Assembly (NCBI GenBank): GCA_024685975.1
Contig: JAIBDZ010000002.1
Location: 90,908 to 154,907 of the forward strand
Origin: Piscirickettsiaceae bacterium
GTDB taxonomy: Bacteria > Pseudomonadota > Gammaproteobacteria > Nitrosococcales > Methylophagaceae
Direction of reading: 5' to 3'
Length of the DNA stretch: 64,000 nucleotides
Below are positions 39,466 to 48,721 of this stretch, piece by piece (position 1 is the stretch's first letter; each line of letters begins with the position of its first letter). The position numbers and the translations under genes are program-made. A model generated the notes under the pieces. The model saw only the letters and a program-made list of their open reading frames with translations. It was not told the DNA's origin and searched no databases.

Positions 39466-40482
39466 TCACTTCATTATTGTTTGATAAAAATGCTTAAGTG
39501 ACTGTTTTGTATTCTCTAAAGAATATTCTTTCGCCTTCTCAAATCCTTTCTTCCTAATATTATCTTTTAAGGATGCATTATTTTGTAGCCGTATCAATAT
39601 TTCGGCCACCCCTTCACAGTCACCGTCTTTTGCTACTAGAGCAGTTTCACCGTCAATCATATATTCATCGCCGCCGCCGCCACTGAATCCGATAACGACA
39701 CAACCACAATTCATCGCCTCCAGTTGCGGTAAAGGGAGTCCTTCTGGATATCCAGTTGCTAGAAAAATATCTGCTTTTTGATACTCTGCAATTAATTCAG
39801 CTTCAGTCAAACCATCAACGATGTGAAACTCAAAACTCAATGATTTAGCCAATCGCTTTATTTTGGCCAACTCTTCAGGGTGCTTTCGTGATAAAGCTAA
39901 AATTCGGTTGTTAATTCTGACTGCTGATTTGGGAAAAAAACGACTCGTATCGATGCCATTCGTTATCGCCGTTGACTCGACCCTCATTGTTTCTTTTAAC
40001 TTATTACAAAGATGCTGACTACAGTTAATCACATAGTCATACCCCATTTCAGTGAAGTTTTTACCCTTGTCTGCTGACTTCAAACGATTATCATGATAAC
40101 GCCAGCTTTGACTTTGATTAAATAGCACCTTTATCGCTTTTTCAAAAGACAAACCTAAATACGGTGAAAACTCTGGTGCGACAACAACATCATCTGTTGT
40201 AAGCTGGTAACCAATATCAGATATATGTTTAATGCCAACATCATAGTCAAAGAAATTGCCGGTATATTCCCCCATCACCAAAGGATGAGCTTTATAGCCT
40301 AACTCCTGTAACATTAGACAGTGTTGATACATCACTTTTACACCACCTACTGGCTTATGTTTTACAAACACCGTTTCCCGTAAATATTTTCTAAACTCTT
40401 TATCTCGGATAGCTCGATAAAGCTTCACAAAGTTAAAGCTACGTTTGTGTAAATCGGGTATAAGGTAATAGATTGTCCCCAC
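39466..40482 (-). CDS. glycosyltransferase, GT-B fold (group 1-like)
   Basis: ATGYPEGLPLPQLEAMNCGCVVIGFSGGGGDEY is an EX7E-type motif. GTG start. Confidence 0.7.
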   Translation of the reverse strand: MGTIYYLIPDLHKRSFNFVKLYRAIRDKEFRKYLRETVFVKHKPVGGVKVMYQHCLMLQELGYKAHPLVMGEYTGNFFDYDVGIKHISDIGYQLTTDDVVVAPEFSPYLGLSFEKAIKVLFNQSQSWRYHDNRLKSADKGKNFTEMGYDYVINCSQHLCNKLKETMRVESTAITNGIDTSRFFPKSAVRINNRILALSRKHPEELAKIKRLAKSLSFEFHIVDGLTEAELIAEYQKADIFLATGYPEGLPLPQLEAMNCGCVVIGFSGGGGDEYMIDGETALVAKDGDCEGVAEILIRLQNNASLKDNIRKKGFEKAKEYSLENTKQSLKHFYQTIMK

Positions 40483-40521
40483 AGATAAATCAACCTTTGT
40501 GATAAATATGAGCCTTTAAGG

Positions 40522-41463
40522 CTATTTCAGGATTAAAAAAAATAAATTCTTCCAATTCAATAAGTTAGTAGGAGCATGTTGACATGCTTGCCACCCTTTT
40601 TGAATTCCCGCTTTTTTCTTACCAGAACGATGTAAACGCCAAGCTTCGGAAATAAGGACTCCTGTGATCTGGTTTAAACTGGTAGAAGCTTTCTCCTCAA
40701 AATCAGGCAAACTTGGGGGGGTAGCCCGTTCTAGATCATCTTGCCCATTTAACTGCCTTTGCTTTAAAAATTTTCTAGCAGTTTCTTCAAAGAAGACACG
40801 CTTATTTGAAGCTTGTGTATGTGTGATAGAGTTATCATGTAAGCGATAATAATAGCTATTTTGAGGAATAAACCATATTAAACACTGACCAGACATCCTT
40901 AACTGAAAGTCAATATCTTCGGAAGTAATAAAATAAGGCCTAAAACCTTTTAATTCAACAAACACTTCCTTTTTTGTCAGAAAAGTACACAAACTCGTCC
41001 TTGTTGTACCAGACTTCAATTCAAGCGTAATATCCTCTTCAATATCACCACATTGAAACTCTGCAAGAGGCTCACCATCACTATTCATCGGTGTATAGTT
41101 TGAACAAACCGCACCGTACTCATCGTGTTTATCTAACCACCTTACCTGCCAATCCAACCTATCATTTGGAAACAGATCATCAGCATCACAGCGGCAGATA
41201 TATTTTCCTTTAGCAACCCCAAGTGCAGTATTAACTGCATGAGCAGTTCCCTCTTTATTATTTTTAATTAATTTTATTCTTCTATCATCGATAGAGTTTA
41301 CGATCTGCACACTAGTATCTATTGATTCATCATCAATAATAATGAGCTCAAAATAGGGATAGCTTTGCATCAAAATTGAATCAATGGCATCTTCAACATA
41401 ATCTGCTGCATTTTTCATTGGCATAATGACTGTCACTAAAGGCTTGTCATGCTGAACAGACAT
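40522..41463 (-). CDS. glycosyltransferase family 2
   Basis: VTVIMPMKNAADYVEDAIDSILMQSY...LIIIDDESIDTS. The start is set to the ATG preceded by GGGAGA (MSVQHDKPL). Confidence 0.85.
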   Translation of the reverse strand: MSVQHDKPLVTVIMPMKNAADYVEDAIDSILMQSYPYFELIIIDDESIDTSVQIVNSIDDRRIKLIKNNKEGTAHAVNTALGVAKGKYICRCDADDLFPNDRLDWQVRWLDKHDEYGAVCSNYTPMNSDGEPLAEFQCGDIEEDITLELKSGTTRTSLCTFLTKKEVFVELKGFRPYFITSEDIDFQLRMSGQCLIWFIPQNSYYYRLHDNSITHTQASNKRVFFEETARKFLKQRQLNGQDDLERATPPSLPDFEEKASTSLNQITGVLISEAWRLHRSGKKKAGIQKGWQACQHAPTNLLNWKNLFFLILK

Positions 41464-41591
41464 ATGAACAATTTCTCCCTTTTCCACATTGGAATTTATC
41501 AAACAAAATTTTCAGTTACTGCAATTATTGCATACCAATGGGAAAATACTGTGACAAAATCGGCTAAAGCAGCTCTATACTCGCTATAAAA

Positions 41592-42950
41592 CTATAAAAA
41601 CAACCGATCCGACAAATGGTTACCAATGAAATAGGAGATGAAGAATAATGGCCACATTCGAAATTCATTAAACCAACTCAATAGCTGATAGCGCCTCATC
41701 ATATAAAAAATAATAGGAATTTCAACTAAGGCATTTAACGCTATAGCAGCCACTGCCCCTTGCATGCCCCAAAAATGAAAAGCAACAGGAACTGAAACAA
41801 ATAAAAACAGTGTTGATGTAGCCGTCATCATCATAATAGATTTAGTATTACCTAAAGCCATCAACACAACACCTGCCATCGTCGTCCCAAGGAATAAAAT
41901 AGACAGAGACAGAATTTCTAACATCCATCCCGCTTCGATATACCTATCATCGTATAAAAACGCAATAATATAGTGGCCACTACTTGCCATCAGTCCAACA
42001 ACGATCATCACAGCGATATCTAATTTTTGACGAATACGGTAATAAATTGTCTTTAATTCATCAGGCCGTGTTCTAGCCACTTCACTTAAGGCTGGATAAA
42101 AAACAGAGGACATCACCTTTCTGACTATTTCCTTAAAAGCCATTGCCAGAAAAAAAGCAATCGTATAGACACCAAGTTCTGCTGACGTCACTAACCCGCC
42201 CAATAAGATACGATCCCCTTGTCCTGCAAAAAAAGTAAAGATAGAAGAGCCAAATATCCATTTCCCAAAATGAAACACCTCTTTTACTGACGGCTTGTCC
42301 CACATAAATTTTGGTAAAGCCCCAAAATAAACATGGTGTGAAAAGGCCATTTTTATAAAAGCAGAACATAATGTACCAAATACTAACGACCAGACATTTT
42401 GGTAATACCAAGCTAAACCGATCATGGCGATCAGACCGAGCGCTTGGCTTAATAACTCGATAGCAACGATATTTTTTAATTGCAATTCACGATTATGAAC
42501 AGCAATATTGAGCGAATTAAAACCCGCAATTAAACCACTGATAGACATAACCGCTAATAAGGCTGGCAAAAGTGGGTCAGCATAGACAGATAACACAGGA
42601 AATAGGCCAGCCTGATTTGCTAATAAAATACTGCCACTGATCATCAGCATCAATACAAATATCACCACACCACGCAAAACTTGTACGGTCCATGCCGTAT
42701 TTAAATAACGCGCGTCACCTGTTTTTTTACTTTGAATAATATTTTGGGCAATGCCTAAATCGGAAAACATATTAATACCAGTCAAAAAAACAGTCACAAC
42801 TGCCATCAACCCAAACATATCAGGGACTAATAAACGCGTTAGAACCAGGTTCCCGCCTAAGCGTATAAGCTGTGACACAACATGTCCGACAAGAACCCAA
42901 CTACCAGCTTTGACGACCTTATTTTTTAAACTACTTACATTCGTCGTCAT
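41592..42950 (-). CDS. wzx: polysaccharide flippase (Wzx, MOP/PST family)
   Basis: 452 aa, about 12 TM segments, with N-terminal KAGSWVLVGHVVSQLIRLGGNLVLTRLL typical of polysaccharide biosynthesis flippases. Confidence 0.8.
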   Translation of the reverse strand: MTTNVSSLKNKVVKAGSWVLVGHVVSQLIRLGGNLVLTRLLVPDMFGLMAVVTVFLTGINMFSDLGIAQNIIQSKKTGDARYLNTAWTVQVLRGVVIFVLMLMISGSILLANQAGLFPVLSVYADPLLPALLAVMSISGLIAGFNSLNIAVHNRELQLKNIVAIELLSQALGLIAMIGLAWYYQNVWSLVFGTLCSAFIKMAFSHHVYFGALPKFMWDKPSVKEVFHFGKWIFGSSIFTFFAGQGDRILLGGLVTSAELGVYTIAFFLAMAFKEIVRKVMSSVFYPALSEVARTRPDELKTIYYRIRQKLDIAVMIVVGLMASSGHYIIAFLYDDRYIEAGWMLEILSLSILFLGTTMAGVVLMALGNTKSIMMMTATSTLFLFVSVPVAFHFWGMQGAVAAIALNALVEIPIIFYMMRRYQLLSWFNEFRMWPLFFISYFIGNHLSDRLFL

Positions 42951-43017
42951 TTTTGTCCATTTTGTAAAGTCATGATAGATTGGCTTGTTAATTTCATCTT
43001 TGAGATAGAGAAAGTTT

Positions 43018-44511
43018 ATGTTTGTTGCATATAAGGCCTATATCGTCATCACAGCCCTTAGTCTAGCTACTTTTTGGTTAGCGAACCGTCATTTACCAGC
43101 AACAATAAGTAAAACAGAACTAAACCATTGGAAAACAGCATGGTTGATATTAATAACAGCAGCCTGTTTTAGCCCTAATGTCTGGGTATTTTATGCCCTT
43201 TTCCTATTAACAGTTGTGATCAAAGTACCTAAACTCCCGCAGAAACGAATTTTTTATTACCTTTTTCTACTATGTAGTGTGCCACAACTCAATATTATTA
43301 TTCCTGGTATTGCAGGGTTACCATGGTTATTTCCGCTGTCATACTCAAGAATAGCAATAATCGCTCTCCTCTTGTTCGTGTATTTAAAAACCCCAAACAA
43401 ACCAAAACTGTTTCAATTAAGTTCAGATAAATACATCGTTAGCTTTCTCGCTCTGATCATGTTACTTAAGTTTCGAGATGATACTGTCACAAATGGTTTA
43501 CGACAAAGTTTTGTTCTGTTTATCGATATTTTCATACCATACTTTGTTTTATCCCGTCACTTGCAAACCCAAGATGATATGAATAAAGCTTTATATGCCT
43601 TGTTTATCGGTTTATTACCGATAGCAGCTATTGGTATATTTGAAACAGTCAAATATTGGCTCTTATATAGCGACATATACAGGTCCTTAATGGATAAATA
43701 TATATTTTATGATGTTCGAGCTGGAGGAGTGAGGGCAGTTGCGTCAACGTCTGGCGGCCCTGTATTGGGGTTTTTAATGGTTGTCATGTTTGGTTTACTA
43801 CTTTACTTACAAGCATTCATCAAAAGTCGAAAAATGGTTTACCTAGCTGGCACAGTTATTGTCTTATGCTTATTAGCTACTAAAGCTCGTGGCCCGTGGT
43901 TAGGCTTTATCATTCTTATTGCAGCATACCTCTACACTGGTAGAGCAGGCGTCAGAAATATTTTCAAATTCTCCGCAATTGGGCTCGCGATCATCCCTAT
44001 TCTAATGCTCACGCCTAGCGGCCAAAAATTTATTGATTTACTCCCATTTATCGGAGACACACGAGCTGATACGGTCGACTATCGCTCAAGGCTACTAGAA
44101 CAATCTTGGATAGTAATCCAGCAAAACCCTTTATTAGGATCAAGAACTTTTTTAGATGCGCCTGAACTCGAAATAATGCGTCAAGGGGAAGGAATTATTG
44201 ATATCGTCAACACATACTTGCAAGTCGTTTTAGAAAATGGTTTTATTGGTTTAACGTTATTTATTTTTATCTTACTTAACTTGCTTTATCGAAATTACAA
44301 AGTCATAAAAAAGTTGCCTGATGATGCAATTGAGTTAAAACACATGGGTCGAGCACTTTTCGCTTCACTTATCTCTATTATTTTCACTATATTCACTGTC
44401 AGCTCTGTTAATTATATCCCTGTTTTATATTGGGTTATCATTAGCTTAATAACGACTTATTTAAAAATTGCAGATAACACATTACAAATATCATTAAAGA
44501 AACGGGGCTAA
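43018..44511 (+). CDS. O-antigen ligase/polymerase-like membrane protein (Wzy candidate)
   Basis: 497 aa, polytopic, with a large loop containing TKARGPWLGFI (Wzy_C-like). It is the only plus-strand gene inside the cluster. Confidence 0.7.
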   Translation: MFVAYKAYIVITALSLATFWLANRHLPATISKTELNHWKTAWLILITAACFSPNVWVFYALFLLTVVIKVPKLPQKRIFYYLFLLCSVPQLNIIIPGIAGLPWLFPLSYSRIAIIALLLFVYLKTPNKPKLFQLSSDKYIVSFLALIMLLKFRDDTVTNGLRQSFVLFIDIFIPYFVLSRHLQTQDDMNKALYALFIGLLPIAAIGIFETVKYWLLYSDIYRSLMDKYIFYDVRAGGVRAVASTSGGPVLGFLMVVMFGLLLYLQAFIKSRKMVYLAGTVIVLCLLATKARGPWLGFIILIAAYLYTGRAGVRNIFKFSAIGLAIIPILMLTPSGQKFIDLLPFIGDTRADTVDYRSRLLEQSWIVIQQNPLLGSRTFLDAPELEIMRQGEGIIDIVNTYLQVVLENGFIGLTLFIFILLNLLYRNYKVIKKLPDDAIELKHMGRALFASLISIIFTIFTVSSVNYIPVLYWVIISLITTYLKIADNTLQISLKKRG

Positions 44512-44516
44512 TCCTC

Positions 44517-44550
44517 AAAAAAAGCCCGGTATTAACCAACCGGGCTTTTT
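44517..44550. terminator. bidirectional rho-independent terminator between convergent genes
   Basis: AAAAAAA-GCCCGG-loop-CCGGGC-TTTTT, so it has a U-tract on both strands. Confidence 0.8.
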
Positions 44551-44570
44551 ACAATGAAAAATCGTAGCGT

Positions 44571-46790
44571 TTAAAACAATATACACTTACCACCAGCACT
44601 CGCACGACATTGACTTGGATCAACTTGTGAGTAATCAGCTTGCAATGCTTCAAGCACTCCTGATTGAGTCACAGTGCCCTGTATCACAGGAATTGAACCA
44701 TCGCCCATATCTAACTGGGTAACAACTGTGTCATTAATAGATGAGCTTCCAGTATTAGGTACTGTCGCATCAAAACCAGTCACACTATTCGCTGAGCTTT
44801 GGCCCGTATAAGTTGCCACGCTCGCGTAATCTCCTTGACTTACAGGTGATGTACCATCGCTTGATGACATACTACTAGATGATGAGCTACTTGACGAACC
44901 ACCACCTGAAGTACTACTGCTTGATGAACCACCAGCCGCAGTAGAAGAACTACTTGAAGATGAGGCTTGATTCATTGTATTGTCAGCACTTGCAAATTGT
45001 TCAACTTGTTGTTGAGCGACATCAGCAGCGATTGATTCTCCGTTAGCTATTCTTCGAGCTAACTCTGCTGCTTCAGCTAAGTCATCCGCTGTTGATTGTG
45101 CTTCTGCAGCTATCAATGCTTTCGCTTCGGCATTAGCCAATGCTTTTGCCGCCTTTTCAGCCTTTCTTAACGCTTTTGTTGCTGCTTTTGCTGCTGCTTT
45201 TTCTGCTGCTGTTGCTTCTGCAATTAAGTCGGGATCTACAGATGCTTGAGCCTGTTCTGCTGCCAATGCTTCTGCTTCGGCTATTGCTTGGGCTTCAGCT
45301 GCTGCTTGGGCTTCAGCTATTGCTTGAGCTTCAACTGCTGCTTGGGCTTCAGCTATTGCTTGAGCTTCAGCTGCTGCTTGGGCTTCAGCTATTGCTTGCG
45401 CTTCAGCTGCTGCTTGCGCTTCGGCTTGTGTTTCTGCATCTACTTCTAGGTTCACATTATTGCCATCCATTACAATTTCAGTATGACGATTACATATATT
45501 ACTACTTGTATCAGTATTAGCATTTGCATCACTCTTGGCAATACACGTTGATGTATCCGTAGTTGAAGGTTGACTTATCGTATTTTGCATCACAACAAAT
45601 GGATTTAAGCCATCAACAGTAACTCCAACTGCACCATCATGACTCAAAACAATATTATTGTTTTTAATTGTCACGTTCTTCGATTTCAAAGCATCTTCAG
45701 TACGAACAGGTACTTTCACACCATGAGTCAAAACAGATGCTTGGTCGATCATCACATTATCTTCAATCACCGCACCATCACAAGATGCACAACCAATGCC
45801 AACATTACCCACATTAAGTAATTGATTATTACGAATCACAATATTTCTAAAAGTTTCTTCTTTAGCGTAACCTGGGTCAACACTGATTCCCCAACAAGTT
45901 TGTGAAACTGCGCCAACATCTTCTTTAATCAAGTTATTTTCTATAATAAGTCCGTCAAATTCACCATGGGCTACTAAAGAGACACCTTGACACTTACCAT
46001 CAACATGTGTCGATTTATACAAAGTATTTCCTCTAACGATCATATTATCAACCGTCTTACCACCGCTTGATGCCAGATAAATATTGTGATCTAAAATAGC
46101 CGATGCAAAACCATTATTCTCAAAGTGATTATTTTCGATAATACAATCATCACAACCACCTAACCACCCTTGAGACTTATTGTTAATAATTACTGAGTTT
46201 TTCAAAGTGATTCTATTTTGCTCTTCATCAGCACCAGGCTCTGGATATTGATTCGCACCAGCAGTTTGAATTCCTAATGTAAAACCTTCAATATGTAAAT
46301 TGTCTAGCACCACATCATTGACATCATTGTAGAAACGAATCCCAGCATCAACACCGTTTGCCTCAACTAAAAGAAACATCAAATTACTAATAACGTAACC
46401 ACCATCAGCGTTTGGTGCTCCTCCATCTTCAAAGTTAAGACCGTGCCCCCCACTGACTTGAATCAAAGGTCTACGTAGCCCTGAATCACCATAATCTGAC
46501 ATAGTACATTGCTTACCTTCCTCAGCAGAACACTTAAAATTTTCTATAGAGTTTGGACCATTTCCTCCGCTTGCTGGGAAAACACCTCCTCGGCATAGCA
46601 AGACACTGTCTCCGCCGTCCAAGGCTTCGAACATTTGACGTGCTTTATCAAAGGTTTTAAATGGGGACGACTCAGATAAACCATCATTATCGTCGTTACC
46701 ATCATCACAAAAATAATAATTTTGTGCTGAAACAGCAGAAGATGCCGCTAAAAAAAAGATAAAACTAAAAATCTGAGTAACATTTTTCAT
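44571..46790 (-). CDS. secreted right-handed parallel beta-helix protein with Ala/Glu/Gln repeat and Ser-rich linkers (candidate polysaccharide lyase/epimerase/depolymerase)
   Basis: Signal peptide MKNVTQIFSFIFFLAASSAVSAQN. Repeated NN-I-x-N/G beta-helix rungs (IIENNHFENNG, VIRNNQLLNVGN, IEDNVMID, IKNNNIVLS). Then AEAQA(I/A) repeats, an S-rich tract and a ~100-aa C-terminal domain ending CRASAGGKCILF. Confidence 0.7.
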   Translation of the reverse strand: MKNVTQIFSFIFFLAASSAVSAQNYYFCDDGNDDNDGLSESSPFKTFDKARQMFEALDGGDSVLLCRGGVFPASGGNGPNSIENFKCSAEEGKQCTMSDYGDSGLRRPLIQVSGGHGLNFEDGGAPNADGGYVISNLMFLLVEANGVDAGIRFYNDVNDVVLDNLHIEGFTLGIQTAGANQYPEPGADEEQNRITLKNSVIINNKSQGWLGGCDDCIIENNHFENNGFASAILDHNIYLASSGGKTVDNMIVRGNTLYKSTHVDGKCQGVSLVAHGEFDGLIIENNLIKEDVGAVSQTCWGISVDPGYAKEETFRNIVIRNNQLLNVGNVGIGCASCDGAVIEDNVMIDQASVLTHGVKVPVRTEDALKSKNVTIKNNNIVLSHDGAVGVTVDGLNPFVVMQNTISQPSTTDTSTCIAKSDANANTDTSSNICNRHTEIVMDGNNVNLEVDAETQAEAQAAAEAQAIAEAQAAAEAQAIAEAQAAVEAQAIAEAQAAAEAQAIAEAEALAAEQAQASVDPDLIAEATAAEKAAAKAATKALRKAEKAAKALANAEAKALIAAEAQSTADDLAEAAELARRIANGESIAADVAQQQVEQFASADNTMNQASSSSSSSTAAGGSSSSSTSGGGSSSSSSSSSMSSSDGTSPVSQGDYASVATYTGQSSANSVTGFDATVPNTGSSSINDTVVTQLDMGDGSIPVIQGTVTQSGVLEALQADYSQVDPSQCRASAGGKCILF
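45262..45432 (-). repeat. in-frame tandem repeat (18-nt unit, 36-nt super-unit) encoding AEAQA(I/A)
   Basis: GCTTGGGCTTCAGCTATTGCTTGAGCTTCAGCTGCT-type units are repeated about 4.5 times on the plus strand. Confidence 0.85.
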
Positions 46791-46979
46791 GATAAACCTC
46801 TCAAGGTTTTTTTATTTGTGTTGAGGCAATCTTAGAATTTACAAGGCAATTTAAATGCGACCTGTATCACATCTTTAAGGCGTTGATTTTACAGCCTCTA
46901 AATGCGTTAAAAAATGAAGTTCGAATAGGTATGAGAAGGTATCATTAAGCGGTTAAAAAATATGAATTTATCGTTATCA

Positions 46980-47867
46980 TTAAATGACAACATTATATTT
47001 TTCAAGTAACCACTCTTTTACATTAGAAATTTCAGGATTATCTAAATCTATCGTCCGAATGACTTGCGTTGACTTTTTCTCGCGCATCATTTCAAGCACA
47101 ATATTAACGTCAACTACTTTTTTATCATCAGCAAAAGCATAGACCATCGCAAAGTCACATAGGTTATTTATCTTCCGTGGAATACCTTGACTATGACAAT
47201 AAATCACTGCACAGGCTTCAGGCGTGAAAATCGTATAATTCGCTCCAGCAGTATTCAGACGATGTTGGATATATTTTTGCGTTTCTGGATGGCTCAATGC
47301 TTTTAAGTGATATTCAACACCAATACGCTGAGCAAATTGCTCAAGTTCTGGGCGATTTAATTTTTCAATAAGCTCTGGTTGCCCTGTTAAAATTAGCTGC
47401 AGAAAAATATCTGAGTCGATATTAACATTAGATAATAACCGTAATTCTTCTAAGGATTGCACGGATAAGTTTTGGGCTTCATCAATAATGAGCACAACAC
47501 GGCGACCGCGAGCATATTGATCGACAACGAAATTAATATAATCACGATAACGTCCGGCATTATCTGTCGCATCAGATTGAATATCTAGAGCATCTAATAC
47601 CCAGACCATCAGCTCGCCGAATGATTCATGAGTATTGTTAATCAAACCAATCACACAGTCATCGCCGATTTTCCCCAATAACGTTCGGATCAAAGTGGTT
47701 TTACCCGCGCCAATTTCACCTGTCACAACCGTAAAGCCGGCATGACTAATAACTCCATACTCCAACATTGTTAAGGCCTTTTTATGATTCGGGCTTGGGT
47801 ACAAGTAAGCCGGATCAGGCACAAGATTAAATGGCTTATCCTTTAAACCAAAATGTTCTGTATACAT
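46980..47867 (-). CDS. ExeA/GspA-like AAA ATPase, PEP-CTERM-locus type
   Basis: MYTEHFGLKDKPFNLVPDP N-terminus, Walker A GEIGAGKTT, Walker B LIIDEAQ. It sits directly downstream of the BY-kinase-like gene, as in exosortase EPS loci. Confidence 0.8.
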   Translation of the reverse strand: MYTEHFGLKDKPFNLVPDPAYLYPSPNHKKALTMLEYGVISHAGFTVVTGEIGAGKTTLIRTLLGKIGDDCVIGLINNTHESFGELMVWVLDALDIQSDATDNAGRYRDYINFVVDQYARGRRVVLIIDEAQNLSVQSLEELRLLSNVNIDSDIFLQLILTGQPELIEKLNRPELEQFAQRIGVEYHLKALSHPETQKYIQHRLNTAGANYTIFTPEACAVIYCHSQGIPRKINNLCDFAMVYAFADDKKVVDVNIVLEMMREKKSTQVIRTIDLDNPEISNVKEWLLEKYNVVI

Positions 47868-47873
47868 AGATGT

Positions 47874-48701
47874 TTAATAGGTCTGATGAGAAGGCGGGTT
47901 ATCGGACTTATTCAGAACAGTACCCATTAAATGGCACCCTTCTAATAATTGCATTGATTTTTTAATATCTGCTTCTGAGTTTTTACCATCCTCTAACACT
48001 AATAATGTTGAATCAAAATAACCAGCTGACAACAAAACATCATCTGTTTGCAAAATAGGGGGTAAATCAAAAATAATAATACGTGAATCGTATTGCGCCT
48101 TGATGTCAGATACCAAACTGGCCATCTTAGGGCTTGATAATAGCTCTGCAGAATCTTCAGCACGACCCAAACCAGGCAAAATAACCAAACGTTTAATACC
48201 AGGATTGACTAACACCGATGACAGCGGCATGTCGCCTTCTAAATAATCTTTGATGCCACGTTTAGGCTCAAGGTCAAAATACTTAGCAATGCCAGGCTTT
48301 CGTAAGTCCATATCAACTAATAACACGGTTTGATTCAGCTCCATCGCAATCGCGACGGCCAAATTAGATGCTACCAGTGATTTGCCTTCTGAAGCAGTCG
48401 GTGAAGTAATGGCTAACGACTGCCAATGCTCACCTCGCATTTTTTGGAGTACTTGTGTTCTTAGCATACGAAAAACAGCTGATTGTGGATTATTATAGAA
48501 CCCCGCAATGACCCTGTTTTTTTCTAAAGTTTCTCTAGAAACCGTCTCAACACGTGTTTCAGCATACGCAATATTATCAAAATTATGATTGGGTTCATCA
48601 ATGCGAACTTGATCTTTGCTAAAAGACGGGGCCCTAGCGCTCGTTTCTGGTGCTGAGTGCTTAGCCTTTGCTTTTTCTAATGCTTTTTGAATTCTATCCA
48701 T
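47874..48701 (-). CDS. BY-kinase-like P-loop protein (exopolysaccharide tyrosine autokinase family, stand-alone catalytic domain)
   Basis: Walker A ITSPTASEGKS, A' LLVDMDLRKP, Walker B IIIFDLPP. There is no C-terminal tyrosine cluster (it ends ...NPPSHQTY). Confidence 0.78.
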   Translation of the reverse strand: MDRIQKALEKAKAKHSAPETSARAPSFSKDQVRIDEPNHNFDNIAYAETRVETVSRETLEKNRVIAGFYNNPQSAVFRMLRTQVLQKMRGEHWQSLAITSPTASEGKSLVASNLAVAIAMELNQTVLLVDMDLRKPGIAKYFDLEPKRGIKDYLEGDMPLSSVLVNPGIKRLVILPGLGRAEDSAELLSSPKMASLVSDIKAQYDSRIIIFDLPPILQTDDVLLSAGYFDSTLLVLEDGKNSEADIKKSMQLLEGCHLMGTVLNKSDNPPSHQTY

Positions 48702-48721
48702 TCTTATTAACCATGCATTTA

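Noticed and set aside
45140-45520. Leu-rich 126-aa and 67-aa plus-strand ORFs
   Set aside because: They are the antisense reading of the AEAQA tandem repeat within the beta-helix gene. They are low-complexity with no start context.
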